From: an uncultured Actinomycetota bacterium
Lineage (GTDB): Bacteria > Actinomycetota > Actinomycetes > JAHEKZ01
Reading direction: 5' to 3'
DNA: 64,000 bases
NCBI GenBank assembly: GCA_963718235.1
Contig: CAVQYR010000001.1
Location: 928,001 to 992,000 of the forward strand
Positions 21,444 through 32,066 of this stretch are shown piece after piece (position 1 is the stretch's first letter; each line of letters starts with the position of its first letter). The notes beneath the pieces are model-generated. The model saw nothing but the letters and a program-made list of their open reading frames with translations, was not told the origin of the DNA and searched no databases. The position numbers and the translations under genes are program-made.

Positions 21444-22697
21444 ATGGTCACCCGTTCGCGCACCACGCTCGCGCTGATGCTTGCCGCCGCCGCGCTGGTC
21501 GGCGGGTTCCTGGCGCCTGCCTCGGCTGACGACCTGTCCGACAAGAAGGACCAGGTCGACGCCCAGGTCGACGCTGCGCAGGAAGACCTCGAGGCGTCGT
21601 CGGCCCGGCTGAAGCGGGCGGCTGCGGCCCTCGACGAGGTCTCGGCCCAGCTGCCGGCGGCTCGGGCCGGCTACTCCGTCGCCGTCGCGAGGGCTCAGTC
21701 CGCCCGTGACCGCCTGCAGCTGATCCGGGCGAAGCTGCGGGGTCTTCAGGCCCAGCAGCGCGTGCTGGTGGGCCAGGTCCAGGACGCCGAGGACTCCATC
21801 GCCGTCACGGAGACCGTCATGGGCGAGATCGTGCGGCAGCAGTACCAGAGCGGCGGCATGGTCGAGCTCGCGGTCGTGCTCGAGGCGCAGTCGCCCAGCG
21901 ACTTCGTCCAACGACTGCTGGCCACCCAGCAGGTGCTCGACAGCCAAAGCGACCTGGTTGACCAGCTCACGGCCGACAAGGCGATCCTGGCTGCCAAGGA
22001 GCAGCAGCTGCAGGTGACCGAGGAAGGCATCCGCGACGTCGAGGCCGAGGCGTTCGCGGAGTTCAGCAACCTGCGCGCACTGGCCGACAAGGCCAAGGCC
22101 GCCAAGGACCGGATCGAGGCGCTGGCGGCCCAGCGGGCGTCGGCACTGGCCGTGGCCCGCGACGAGCGGTCCGCCGAACGGGCGCGGTACGAGCAGCTGG
22201 TCGCTGCCCAGGAGGCGCTGCAGCAGCAGATCGCCGACGCCGTGTCGTCGGGCGGCTCGTCCGGCATCCCCAGCGGTGAGCTGCTCTGGCCGGCACCGGG
22301 TCCGATGGTCCAAGGGGTCGGCTGGAGAGTGCACCCGGTGTACGGGTACCGCAGCTGTCACACCGGGATCGACATCTCGGCCGGCACCGGCACCCCGATC
22401 AAGGCGGCGGCGTCCGGGGTGGTCGTGTGGACGAACCCAGCCGACGGTGGCCCCTACGGGAACAACACCTTGATCGACCACGGCGGGGGCCTGTCGACCT
22501 TCTACGCCCACCAGAACGCGTTCGCGGTGAGTGCTGGTGAGCGGGTGGGTGCGGGCGAGGTGATCGGCTACGTCGGCAGCACCGGGTACGCGACCGGTCC
22601 GCACCTGCACTTCGAGGTGCACGTCGGCGGGATCCCCTACGACCCGATGGGCTGGTTCGGCGGGAGCAAGACCCCGCAGTCTCAGTTCTGCCCCTAA
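21444..22697 (+). CDS. Coiled-coil M23 peptidase (FtsEX partner)
   Basis: Signal peptide, coiled coil, HTGID and HLHFEV. Confidence 0.92.
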   Translation: MVTRSRTTLALMLAAAALVGGFLAPASADDLSDKKDQVDAQVDAAQEDLEASSARLKRAAAALDEVSAQLPAARAGYSVAVARAQSARDRLQLIRAKLRGLQAQQRVLVGQVQDAEDSIAVTETVMGEIVRQQYQSGGMVELAVVLEAQSPSDFVQRLLATQQVLDSQSDLVDQLTADKAILAAKEQQLQVTEEGIRDVEAEAFAEFSNLRALADKAKAAKDRIEALAAQRASALAVARDERSAERARYEQLVAAQEALQQQIADAVSSGGSSGIPSGELLWPAPGPMVQGVGWRVHPVYGYRSCHTGIDISAGTGTPIKAAASGVVVWTNPADGGPYGNNTLIDHGGGLSTFYAHQNAFAVSAGERVGAGEVIGYVGSTGYATGPHLHFEVHVGGIPYDPMGWFGGSKTPQSQFCP

Positions 22698-22792
22698 CCC
22701 TCTACTTCAGGTCCACCCCGGTTCGGGGGCTACGGCTGCTCGTCCCCCGCATCCGTGACTGCCCTCCTCGGCCCGGCCGTAGACTGCGCTCC

Positions 22793-23971
22793 ATGTCCCC
22801 GCTCTCCCGGCGCCTGTGGCGCGGCGCCGCTCTGGCCGCCGCTGTCGCCGCGGCGTTCGGGGTCGGCGTGCTCACCGGCGTGGTGGGCAGTGCCGCCCCG
22901 CAGCGCGGGGTGCTCGACGAGGCGGCGGACCGGATCGCGGCGTCCGCAGCGCGGCCGGTCGACCGCGACCAGCTGGAGCGGGCCGCGGTCGAGGGGATGC
23001 TGGCGACCCTGGGCGACCGGTGGTCGGCCTACTACGCGCCCAGTGAGTTCTCCTCCTTCGAAGACGCACTGGCCGGGCGCTACTCAGGGGTGGGGCTGTG
23101 GCTTCGGCCCGAACCGCGCCGAGGGCACCGGGCCGAGGTGCTGGGCATCGCCAGTGTGCAGCCGGGCTCGCCCGCGGAGGAGGCGGGGCTCACACCCGGC
23201 GACCTGCTCGTCTCGGTCGACGGAGAGCCCACCCTCGGTCACTCGGTCAGCGACGTCGTCTCGTCGCTCAGAGGTCGCGACGGCACCGACGTCCGGCTGA
23301 CCATCGAGCGGGACGGCGTGACCCAGGTGGTCACCTTGAAGCGGGTGGTGCTGACCACCGACGACGTGGTCGTCGACCGCCTCGAGGGCGGGATCACCAC
23401 GGTGACGATCCGCACCTTCACCCGCGGTGTGGGCCGCGAGGTCCGCGAGGCGCTGTCCGGCGACGCGAGCACCTACGCCGGCGGAATCGTGCTCGACCTG
23501 CGCGGTAACCCTGGGGGGCTGCTCGACGAGGCGGTCGAGGTGGCGTCGGTCTTCCTCGACGGCGGTGACGTCGTCTCCTACGAACGGCGTGGGGCTCCCG
23601 ACCGCAGGCTGACCGCACTTCCGGGAGGCAACACCACCACGCCCCTGGTCGTGCTGGTCGACGGGTCGTCGGCCAGCGCGGCCGAGGTGGTCGCCTCCGC
23701 CATGCAGGACCGCAACCGGGCCGTCGTCGTGGGCGAGCGCACGTTCGGCAAGGGCTCGGTCCAAGAGCCCAGCCGGCTGTCCGACGGGTCGGCCATCGAG
23801 CTCACCGTGGGGCGCTACATCACCCCCGCCGGCCGGATCATCGACGGTCACGGGGTCCAGCCCGATGTGAGCGTCGACCCGGCGGCCGGACCCGACGCAG
23901 CGGAGGCGCGGGCGCTCGAGGTGCTGCGTGGTCTGATGGCGGCCCTCGAGCCCGTCGGTTCGCAGGGCTGA
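22793..23971 (+). CDS. S41 carboxy-terminal processing protease (PDZ)
   Basis: Motifs LDLRGNPGG, SASAAE and TFGKGSVQ. Confidence 0.92.
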   Translation: MSPLSRRLWRGAALAAAVAAAFGVGVLTGVVGSAAPQRGVLDEAADRIAASAARPVDRDQLERAAVEGMLATLGDRWSAYYAPSEFSSFEDALAGRYSGVGLWLRPEPRRGHRAEVLGIASVQPGSPAEEAGLTPGDLLVSVDGEPTLGHSVSDVVSSLRGRDGTDVRLTIERDGVTQVVTLKRVVLTTDDVVVDRLEGGITTVTIRTFTRGVGREVREALSGDASTYAGGIVLDLRGNPGGLLDEAVEVASVFLDGGDVVSYERRGAPDRRLTALPGGNTTTPLVVLVDGSSASAAEVVASAMQDRNRAVVVGERTFGKGSVQEPSRLSDGSAIELTVGRYITPAGRIIDGHGVQPDVSVDPAAGPDAAEARALEVLRGLMAALEPVGSQG

Positions 23972-23974
23972 GCC

Positions 23975-24448
23975 GTGGCACGGGAGACCGGCCGCACGCT
24001 CGTGGCCCAGAACAAGAAGGCGCGTCACGACTACCACATCGACGACGTGTACGAGGCCGGGCTGGTTCTGGTCGGCACGGAGGTCAAGTCGCTGCGCGCC
24101 GGTCGGGCCTCGCTGGTCGACGGCTACGCCGTGGTCAAGGACGGCGAGGTCTGGCTGCACAACGTGCACATCCCCGAGTACACCGAGGGCACGTGGAACA
24201 ACCACGAGCCCCGTCGACCGCGCAAGCTGCTGCTTCGCCGCGACGAGATCAAGCGGCTGATCGGCAAGACCCAGGAGCAGGGGTTCACCCTCGTCCCCCT
24301 GTCCCTGTACTTCAAGGACGGCTACGCCAAGGTCGAGATCGCCCTGGCGCGGGGCAAGCGCAACTACGACAAGCGACAGGCCCTGGCCGAGAAGCAGGCC
24401 AAGCGCGACGCGCAACGGGTGCTGGCCCGGCGCGGGCGCGACGACTGA
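23975..24448 (+). CDS. smpB: SsrA-binding protein
   Basis: Motifs [21 protein letters not shown] and YDKRQ. Confidence 0.97.
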   Translation: MARETGRTLVAQNKKARHDYHIDDVYEAGLVLVGTEVKSLRAGRASLVDGYAVVKDGEVWLHNVHIPEYTEGTWNNHEPRRPRKLLLRRDEIKRLIGKTQEQGFTLVPLSLYFKDGYAKVEIALARGKRNYDKRQALAEKQAKRDAQRVLARRGRDD

Positions 24449-24560
24449 CTGACCTCGCCGCCTTGGCACCCGGTTCGCTGATCACGCCGAAGACCGTCTT
24501 CATCAACCACCGGCCCTGGCCCTACGTTGGTGCTGTGACCCTCGACACCGAGGAGGACTG

Positions 24561-25994
24561 GTGACCGAGCAGACTCCCCAGCTGACCGCTGAGCAGATCA
24601 ACGAGATGCTCGCGCGGTTCTACCCGTACCGCGACCGGTTCGTGGCTCACCGGAAGGTCCCGACCCAGGCCCTGCCGCGGGCCGAGGTCCTCGACCTGGT
24701 GCGCACGCTGGCCCACGAGGAGGACTCGCTGGGCGACTCGGGCAAGGTCTCCGGCAGCCTCTACCTCGGCGACCACGACCAGTACCACTTCCTGACCCAG
24801 GTGTACGAGGCCTTCGCCCACGCCAACGTCCTGCAGCGCGACATGTACCCGTCCTCGACCAAGTTCGAGGGCGAGATCGTGGCCATGGCGGCGGCGATGC
24901 TGCACGGCGACGCCATCGGTGTGATCACCTCGGGCGGTACCGAGAGCCTGATGAACCCGATGCTGGTCTACCGCGAGCGTGGTCGGGTCGAGCAGGGCAT
25001 CACCGCCCCGGAGGTGATCATCCCCGCGTCGGCCCACGTCGCCTTGGACAAGGCCGCCCACTACTTCGGGATCACCCTGCTCAAGGCGCCGCTCACAGAC
25101 GAGTTCGTCGTCGACGTCGACTGGGTGCGCGACCACATCACGCCGTCGACCGTCGCGCTGGTCGGCTCGGCCGGCTCCTACCCGTACGGTCTGGTCGACC
25201 CGATCGACCAGCTGTCCGAGCTCGCGCTCGAGCACGATCTGGGCCTCCACGTCGACGGCTGCCTCGGGGGTTTCCTGCTCCCGTGGGGCGAGCAGCTCGG
25301 CTACCCGATCCCACCGTTCGACTTCCGGGTCGAAGGCGTGACGAGCATCTCCGCCGACACGCACAAGTTCGGCTACGCGCTGAAGGGAACGTCGGTCCTG
25401 CTCTACCGCACGAGCGAGCTGCGTCACTACCAGTACTTCGCCGCATCCGACTGGCCAGGCGGGCTGTACATCTCGCCGGGGATGTCGGGCAGCCGGTCCG
25501 GTGGTCTCATCGCGGCCACCTGGGCCGCCCTGGTCACCACCGGGGAGCAGGGCTACCTGGAGGCAGCATCGCGGATCTTCGCTACGGCGGGCCGCATCCG
25601 TCAGGCGGTCGAAGCCACCGACGGGCTGCGCGTGTTCGGTGACCCGACGTTCCTCGTCGGCTTCGGGTCGGCCGACCCCGACGTCGACATCTACCTGGTC
25701 AACGACCACCTGGCCTCGTGCGGCTGGCGGCTCAACCCCAACCAGCTGCCGGCCGGGCTGCACTTCTGCGTGACCCTTCCGAACACCCGCGAGGGGCTCA
25801 CCGACGAGTTCGCCGCCGACCTCGCCGCTGGCGTCGCCTACGCCCGGGCGAACGTGGGACAGCCGGCCCGCAGCGGCGCCTTGTACGGGATGGCCGGGAC
25901 GCCGTCGGGTGCCGAGCTGCTGCCGTTCCTGCTGGAAGGTGCGCTCGATGCCATGTACGCGGTCCCCGACCCGACGGGAGGGCCACTGGCGTGA
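24561..25994 (+). CDS. Sphingosine-1-phosphate lyase-like PLP-dependent enzyme
   Basis: Motifs TSGGTES, HVDGCLGG, SISADTHKFG (PLP lysine) and GSRSG. Confidence 0.85.
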   Translation: MTEQTPQLTAEQINEMLARFYPYRDRFVAHRKVPTQALPRAEVLDLVRTLAHEEDSLGDSGKVSGSLYLGDHDQYHFLTQVYEAFAHANVLQRDMYPSSTKFEGEIVAMAAAMLHGDAIGVITSGGTESLMNPMLVYRERGRVEQGITAPEVIIPASAHVALDKAAHYFGITLLKAPLTDEFVVDVDWVRDHITPSTVALVGSAGSYPYGLVDPIDQLSELALEHDLGLHVDGCLGGFLLPWGEQLGYPIPPFDFRVEGVTSISADTHKFGYALKGTSVLLYRTSELRHYQYFAASDWPGGLYISPGMSGSRSGGLIAATWAALVTTGEQGYLEAASRIFATAGRIRQAVEATDGLRVFGDPTFLVGFGSADPDVDIYLVNDHLASCGWRLNPNQLPAGLHFCVTLPNTREGLTDEFAADLAAGVAYARANVGQPARSGALYGMAGTPSGAELLPFLLEGALDAMYAVPDPTGGPLA

Positions 25995-27544
25995 CCGGCT
26001 GGGTGCTGGCCCTGGACCTCGGCACGACCGGGCTGAAGGTGGGTGCGGTGGCCGAGTCGGGGGAGATCTTGGCGACCCACGAGGTCACGCTCACGACGAG
26101 CTTCCTGCCCGACGGTGGAGTGGAGCAGGACACCGGTCAGTGGTGGCGAGGAGTCGCTGACGGCGTCGCTGAGCTCCGTCGGGCCGGGCTGGAGCTCGAC
26201 GGCGTCGTCGCGGTCGGCATCACCGGTCAGTACGGGTCGACCGTGCCGGTCGACGCGGACGGCGTCAGCGTCGGCCCCTGCCTGGTATGGGCCGACGAGC
26301 GCGGCGCCGCGCACAGCCGGGCCGCCTTCGGTGGTCCGGTGGCGGGATACAAGGCCACCGCCATCGCCCCCTGGCTGCGTTACACCGGCGGCCTTCCCTC
26401 GCCCAACGGGGCCGACCCCAGTGGGCACGCCCTCTACCTGCGCCGCGACGATCGCGAGACCTACGGCCGGGCGCGGTGGCTGCTCGAACCGGTCGACTAC
26501 CTCGGTCTGCGCTTCACCGGGATCGTCTCGGCCACGCCGGCCTCGATGGTGGCCACGTGGCTCACCGACAACCGGCCCGGCGCCCGTCCCCGCTATGTCC
26601 CCACGTTGCTCAGGCTCGCCGACCGCGACCTCAGCAAGCTGCCACCGCTGCGCCGGTCAGGCTCGGTGCTTGGGGGTGTCAGCCGCGAGGTCGCCGTCGA
26701 GCTGGGGCTGCCCGAGGGGGTGCCGGTGGCGTGCGGTGTTCCGGACCTTCAGGCGGCGCACGCCGGTTCGGGCGCTGTCGCGCACGGCCAGGCTCACTAC
26801 GCCATCAGCACGACTGCGTGGGTGTCGTGTGCCGTGCCGTTCAAGAAGACCGACGTCCTGCACCAGATCGCGTCGGTGCCGGGGCTGCGCGACGGTGAGT
26901 ACCTGCTGATCAACAACCAGGAGACGGCAGGTGCCAGCCTGCAGTGGTTGCGTGATGGGGTCTTGGGTGCCGGTCCCGGGCTGCCCCCCGACTGGCACCC
27001 GTCGTACGACGACCTGGTGGCGCTCGCCGCCCAGGCCGAGCCCGGCAGTGGCGGGCTCCTGTTCACCCCGTGGCTGAACGGCGAGCGTTCCCCGGTCGAC
27101 GACCGACGTCTGCGCGCCGCGTTCCTCAACGTCTCGCTCGACACCGACCGTGCCGACTTCGTGCGCGCAGTGCTGGAGGGGGTCGCCTACGACCTGCGGT
27201 GGCTCGTGGAGTGTGCCGACGGCTTCGTCGGGCACACGCTCGACCCGCTACGGGTCCTCGGAGGTGGGGCACGGTCGGACCTGTGGTGCCAGATCGACGC
27301 CGACGTCCTCGGCCGCACCGTCGAGCGGGTGAGCCGGCCTGACGTCGCCCAGCTACGAGGGGTCGCGTTCGTCGCCCTGGTGGCCACCGGCCGGCTCTCC
27401 TGGGACGACGTCCCGTCACGAGTGCCGGTCGACCGGACCTTCACCCCCGACCCCACCAACCGGAAGATCTACGACGCCGGGTACGAGGCGTTCCGCCGCG
27501 CCTACAAGGACCTCAAAGGTTGGTACCACCGCGTGCGCGGGTGA
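25991..27544 (+). CDS. FGGY-family carbohydrate kinase (xylulokinase-like)
   Basis: Motifs LALDLGTTGLK, PWLNGERSP, RAVLEGVA and GGGARS; GTGA overlap with the upstream gene. Confidence 0.9.
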   Translation: MTGWVLALDLGTTGLKVGAVAESGEILATHEVTLTTSFLPDGGVEQDTGQWWRGVADGVAELRRAGLELDGVVAVGITGQYGSTVPVDADGVSVGPCLVWADERGAAHSRAAFGGPVAGYKATAIAPWLRYTGGLPSPNGADPSGHALYLRRDDRETYGRARWLLEPVDYLGLRFTGIVSATPASMVATWLTDNRPGARPRYVPTLLRLADRDLSKLPPLRRSGSVLGGVSREVAVELGLPEGVPVACGVPDLQAAHAGSGAVAHGQAHYAISTTAWVSCAVPFKKTDVLHQIASVPGLRDGEYLLINNQETAGASLQWLRDGVLGAGPGLPPDWHPSYDDLVALAAQAEPGSGGLLFTPWLNGERSPVDDRRLRAAFLNVSLDTDRADFVRAVLEGVAYDLRWLVECADGFVGHTLDPLRVLGGGARSDLWCQIDADVLGRTVERVSRPDVAQLRGVAFVALVATGRLSWDDVPSRVPVDRTFTPDPTNRKIYDAGYEAFRRAYKDLKGWYHRVRG

Positions 27545-27582
27545 ACCGCCGTCCGGTGCAACGGCCGACTAGCGTGTGGCCT

Positions 27583-29415
27583 GTGCGAAGAGCAGGCAGA
27601 GCATGGGCATCGGTCGCGTTGTCGGTGACCGCTCTGGCGTCTGCTGTGGTGCTCGGTTCCCCCGCGCCGGCGTCCGCGGCCGCGGGAGACGGGTACACCG
27701 AGTCCTACGACGTGACCTTGGTCGTCGACCCTGACGGCACCTTGCAGGTCACCGAGCGGATCGACTTCGTCTTCACCGACTCCAGCCACGGGATCGAGCG
27801 CTACGTCCCCGACCGGTATGCCGTGGACGACACGTACGACCGGGTCATGACGATCGAGAACGTCCAGGTGACCAGTCCGAGCGGGGCGCCGACCGACACC
27901 CTGGTCGAGCAGCAGGGCGACGTACTGTACATCCGGGTCGGGGATCCGGACCGGCTCATCTCTGGCGCGCAGAGCTATCTGGTCTCGTACTCCGTGCAGG
28001 GCGCGCTCAACGCGTTCGACGACCACGACGAGCTGTACTGGGACGCCATCGGCGACGGATGGGACTCCTCGATCAACCTTGCCAGCGTGCGGGTCGAGGC
28101 TCCGGCCATCACCGACGGTCTGTGTTTCGCCGGGTCGTTCGGCAGCACCAACGTGTGCGAGCAGTCGACGGTCCGTGACCGGGTCGCGCTCTTCGCCCAG
28201 AGCTCGATGCCGCCCTACACGGCCCTGACCGTCGCGATCTCGATGCCGAAGGGCGCGGTCACTGTTCCGCCGCCGGTGCTCGAGGAGCGATGGTCGTTGC
28301 AGCGCGCGTTCACCGCCGACATCCCGCACCTCTCGATCGCTGGGCTGCTGCTGCTCTTCGGGATCGGTGGGGTCGGGTTCGTGGCCTACCGACGCGGACG
28401 TGACCGTCGCTTCATGGGACAGGTCCCGGGGCTGACACCGGCACCGGGCGAGGCGGCTGTGGAGGAACGACTTCCTTGGGGCGAGAGCGGCGAGGGACCG
28501 GTGGAGTGGCAGCCGCCGGAGGGGTTGCGTCCCGGGCTGATGGGGACGCTGATCGACGAGCAGGCCAACGTGCTCGACGTGACCGCGACCATCGTCGATC
28601 TGGCCGTGCGCGGCTACCTGCGGATCGACGAGCTGCCCCGCGAGGGCTGGTTCGCCGGCCGCGACTGGCAGCTGGTCCAGCTCAAGGCGCAGGACCAGAC
28701 GCTCCAGGAGTACGAGCGGACGTTGTTCACGGCACTGTTCGAGACGGGCAACGTGGTCAGGCTCAGCGATCTCAAGAAGACCTTCGCCGCCGACCTGGCG
28801 AAGGTTCAGGAGAAGCTGTACGACGAGATGGTCTACCGGCGCTGGTACAACCGACGTCCGGACCGCACTCGGTCGTCCTGGGTGCTCATTGGGCTGGCGG
28901 TCTTCGCCACTGCGGTGGGCCTGACCTACCTGCTGGTTCGCTTCACCACGTGGGGGCTGATCGGCGCAGCCCTCGTGGTCAGTGCGGGCACGCTGTTCTT
29001 CGCGAGCCGGTTCATGCCGGCCCGAACGGGGGCGGGCAGTGCCGCCATGGCGCAGGCGTTGGGCTTCAAGCGCTACCTCGAGACCGCTGAGGCGAACCAG
29101 CTGAAGTTCGAGGAGCCGGAGAAGATCTTCAGCCGCTACCTGCCGTACGCGATCGTCTTCGGCGTCACCGACCACTGGGCGAAGGTGTTCCAGCAGCTTG
29201 CGGCGGCCGGTGCCGTGACCACCGGAGCGACCGGCCTCTACTGGTACACCGGGCCGGCCGGCTGGAACTTCGGTGACTTCGGTTCGTCGATCTCGTCGTT
29301 CGCCACCACAACGTCGGGCTCGCTGTCCGCGGTCGCCGCGTCCGGGGGAAGTGGCTTCGGCGGAGGCGGGTTCAGCGGCGGTGGTGGTGGCGGTGGCGGC
29401 GGCGGGGGCTGGTAG
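27583..29415 (+). CDS. DUF2207 membrane protein with Gly-rich tail
   Basis: Motifs DGTLQVTERI, ELYWDAIG, ATIVDLAVRGYL, YLPYAIVFG and C-terminal GGGGGGW. Confidence 0.88.
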   Translation: MRRAGRAWASVALSVTALASAVVLGSPAPASAAAGDGYTESYDVTLVVDPDGTLQVTERIDFVFTDSSHGIERYVPDRYAVDDTYDRVMTIENVQVTSPSGAPTDTLVEQQGDVLYIRVGDPDRLISGAQSYLVSYSVQGALNAFDDHDELYWDAIGDGWDSSINLASVRVEAPAITDGLCFAGSFGSTNVCEQSTVRDRVALFAQSSMPPYTALTVAISMPKGAVTVPPPVLEERWSLQRAFTADIPHLSIAGLLLLFGIGGVGFVAYRRGRDRRFMGQVPGLTPAPGEAAVEERLPWGESGEGPVEWQPPEGLRPGLMGTLIDEQANVLDVTATIVDLAVRGYLRIDELPREGWFAGRDWQLVQLKAQDQTLQEYERTLFTALFETGNVVRLSDLKKTFAADLAKVQEKLYDEMVYRRWYNRRPDRTRSSWVLIGLAVFATAVGLTYLLVRFTTWGLIGAALVVSAGTLFFASRFMPARTGAGSAAMAQALGFKRYLETAEANQLKFEEPEKIFSRYLPYAIVFGVTDHWAKVFQQLAAAGAVTTGATGLYWYTGPAGWNFGDFGSSISSFATTTSGSLSAVAASGGSGFGGGGFSGGGGGGGGGGGW

Positions 29416-29420
29416 CGGCC

Positions 29421-30707
29421 GTGCACCCCGCTGACCTGCTCCTGCTGGTTCTCGCCGGGGTGATCCTCGCCTGGGTGCTGGTGTCGGCCCGGCTCGGTCA
29501 GCTCAGCATCACTGCCCCCATGGCCTTCGTGGCCGCCGGCCTGCTGATAGCCGTTCTGCCGGGGCGGCCGGTCCCGGTCAGCCCCACGTCGGAGTCGGCC
29601 CGGCTGCTCGCCGAGTACGCCCTGGTCTTCGTCCTGTTCTGCGACGCGTCGCGGGTGAGCCTGACCTGGCTGCGGGACAAGGCTCAGGTAGCCGGTCGGC
29701 TCCTTGTGCTCGGGCTTCCGCTCACGATCGCCGTCGGCGTGGGTGCGGCCTGGCTGCTGTTCCCGTCCGACGACGTGTGGATCGCGGCGATCATCGGCGC
29801 GGCCCTGGCCCCCACGGACGCCGCTCTCGGCTCGTCGGTCATGACCGACCGACGGGTTCCCGGGTTCGTGCGCCGAGTGCTCAACGTCGAGTCGGGCCTG
29901 AACGACGGGATCGTCACGCCCGTCGTCCTGTTCTTCATCGCTGCGGCGTTGGCCACCGTCGACGAGACCGATGTGGCCACGGCGCTGGCATCAGCCGGAG
30001 CCGAGCTCGTCGGCGGGGTCGTTCTCGGGGTCGCGGTCGGCTGGGTGGGCGCCACCCTGATCGCCGCCTCACGGCGACACGGGTGGATGGATCCGGCCGT
30101 CGCCGACCTGGCCGCCTTCCCGCTGCCGGTGATCGCCTACGCGGGGGCGGTGGAGCTCGGTGTGAACGGGTTCGTGGCCGCTTTCGTCACGGGGCTGGCC
30201 TTCGGCAACACCGTGCGCAGGACCGAGGATGAGCCACTGACCTTCGCCGAGGACGGCGGCTCGGTGCTGTCCCTGATCGTCTGGTTCGTCTTCGGTGCCG
30301 CCGCCGTGCCCACCCTGCTCGACTCGCTCACCTGGCAGGTGGTGCTGTACGCGGTCCTGAGCCTGACCGTCATCCGGATGGGACCGGTGCTGCTCGTCCT
30401 GGTCGGGTCCGAGGTGGCGCGCAAGGACCGCTGGGTGATTGCCTGGCTGGGTCCGCGCGGCCTTGCGTCGGTGGTGTTCGCCCTGCTCGCTCTGGACGCC
30501 CTCGGCGGCCGGGACTCGCCTGGGGGCCTGGTGACCCAGGTCGTGGGGGTCACGGTGCTGCTCAGCGTGGTGCTGCACGGGATCACCGCGGTCCCGATCG
30601 CGCGCTCGTACGCACACGCCGCGCCGGACGCGACACCGGAGATGCCCGTGCGTCGCGCGGTTCCCGTTCCGCGCCGTCACCGCGGGGCAGCGGGGGAGCG
30701 AGGCTAG
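29421..30707 (+). CDS. NhaP-type cation:proton antiporter
   Basis: Motifs LAPTDAA, ESGLNDG and WLGPRGLAS; many TM helices. Confidence 0.9.
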   Translation: MHPADLLLLVLAGVILAWVLVSARLGQLSITAPMAFVAAGLLIAVLPGRPVPVSPTSESARLLAEYALVFVLFCDASRVSLTWLRDKAQVAGRLLVLGLPLTIAVGVGAAWLLFPSDDVWIAAIIGAALAPTDAALGSSVMTDRRVPGFVRRVLNVESGLNDGIVTPVVLFFIAAALATVDETDVATALASAGAELVGGVVLGVAVGWVGATLIAASRRHGWMDPAVADLAAFPLPVIAYAGAVELGVNGFVAAFVTGLAFGNTVRRTEDEPLTFAEDGGSVLSLIVWFVFGAAAVPTLLDSLTWQVVLYAVLSLTVIRMGPVLLVLVGSEVARKDRWVIAWLGPRGLASVVFALLALDALGGRDSPGGLVTQVVGVTVLLSVVLHGITAVPIARSYAHAAPDATPEMPVRRAVPVPRRHRGAAGERG

Positions 30708-31584
30708 TGCCTGTGGGCGCTGCTGCTGGACGGCAACGCCGCCAGCGCACCGTCGAGCGAGGTCCTTGCCTGCTGCACGGCGGCCGCGGCCTGACGCTGC
30801 GTGTCGCCGTCGGCACCGGCGACGGCGAGGTCGACGACCCGCTGCAGCGACTGGCGCAGTGAGGCCACGGCCGTGCGCGCCTGGGTGACCAGGCGTGGCC
30901 CGTTCGGTGTCCGGGGCCTGCGGCTCGAGCTGGAAGAGCTGTTTGTCGACGTCGTTGATCCTTGCCGACCCCTCCTGCCAGGACTGCTGCAGCTGCTCGG
31001 CCGAGCTCAGGGCCAGGAACGAAGGCACGTAGGTGTCGCTGAGCCACCGGGCCGAGCCGCCGGCCTTGGCGAGCTCGTCGTCCCAGCGCTTGGTGCGGCT
31101 GCGGCTGCGACCGAGCATCACCAGGCTGAAGACGAGCACGCCCACCAGGAGCGCGACCAGGACCCAGACCCACGGACTCGTCGTCGAGCCGGAAGTGGGC
31201 TGCGGTCGCCGGGGTCGACGTGGGTGTGGGCGTCTCTGGGGTGTTCGTGACCGTTGCGGTGGCAGTGGCGGTCTGGGTGGCGGTCGCAGTGGCCGTTGCC
31301 GTCGCCGTCTCGGTCGCCGTCTCGGTCCGGGTCAGGGTCGGGGTCGGCTCGGCCGTGGGGGTGTCCGAGGCGTCCTTGGACAGCGACTGGGAGGGCTTGG
31401 CGGTCGCCGAGCCGAGCGCGTCAGTTGCCTGGCTCGCGACCGAGCTGGCTGCATCGCTGGCCTGGCTGGCGACCGAGGACAGGGCGCCGCCCACGTCACT
31501 CGTGCTCGGCAGCTGGCCGTCGGAGCAGGCGGTGAGGGTCAGCGCCAGAGCGCTGAGCGCCGTGGCCAGGGCAAGTCGTCGCAT
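30704..31584 (-). pseudogene. Thr-rich lipoprotein with internal TM helix, two apparent frameshifts
   Basis: Lipobox LTAC and a TATA-rich linker. Frame changes near 31195 and 30897 restore PWVWVLVALL and ...AHRH* (stop at 30704). Confidence 0.65.
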
Positions 31585-31698
31585 GCGTCCGAGCCTAAGG
31601 GACGGGAGCGCGGAGCCGGGAATGGGTCGCCTCCGCGGGGACGTTGGACAGGTGCGGTCGGGGTGTTCTATCGCGTACCCTGGTCAGACAACTGCACA

Positions 31699-32066
31699 GG
31701 GGGTGAACGGTTTCGACTTTGGACGTCGTATTCAGGGGAAGCGGGTCGAGGATGCCGAGAACGATCTCGTTAACCATGTCTCGGAAACCAACAAGTGCCA
31801 ATACATCGCGCACTGACTTCGCCCTCGCTGCCTAAGCGAGCCTCGAAGTCCGTCAGACCGGGGATGCTTCCGCCCCGGACCCTGGCGTCGTCTAGGAAGC
31901 TCACCCAAGGTCCCGGTCACGGGGTCCGCGGGAACATCAAACAGTGACTGAGCCCGTCGGCAGCTTGCCTGCGTGACTGCCGGGGCTGAGAAAAGCACAG
32001 CAGGCTGCACCCGGAGAAGCCCTGGAACGTAGCCGAAGGACGCGGGTTCGATTCCCGCCACCTCCA
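31699..32066 (+). ncRNA. ssrA: tmRNA
   Basis: 5' GGGGGTGAACGGTTTCGAC and 3' GGTTCGATTCCCGCCACCTCCA. Tag ORF 31797-31835 encodes ANTSRTDFALAA*. CCA is not encoded. Confidence 0.97.

Noticed and set aside
29341-29415. GGC/GGT low-complexity run
   Set aside because: Normal Gly-rich C-terminus of DUF2207 proteins.
24449-31698. smpB-ssrA separation as a mobile insertion
   Set aside because: No flanking repeats or mobility genes, and codon usage looks native. Intervening genes at this locus are not unusual.
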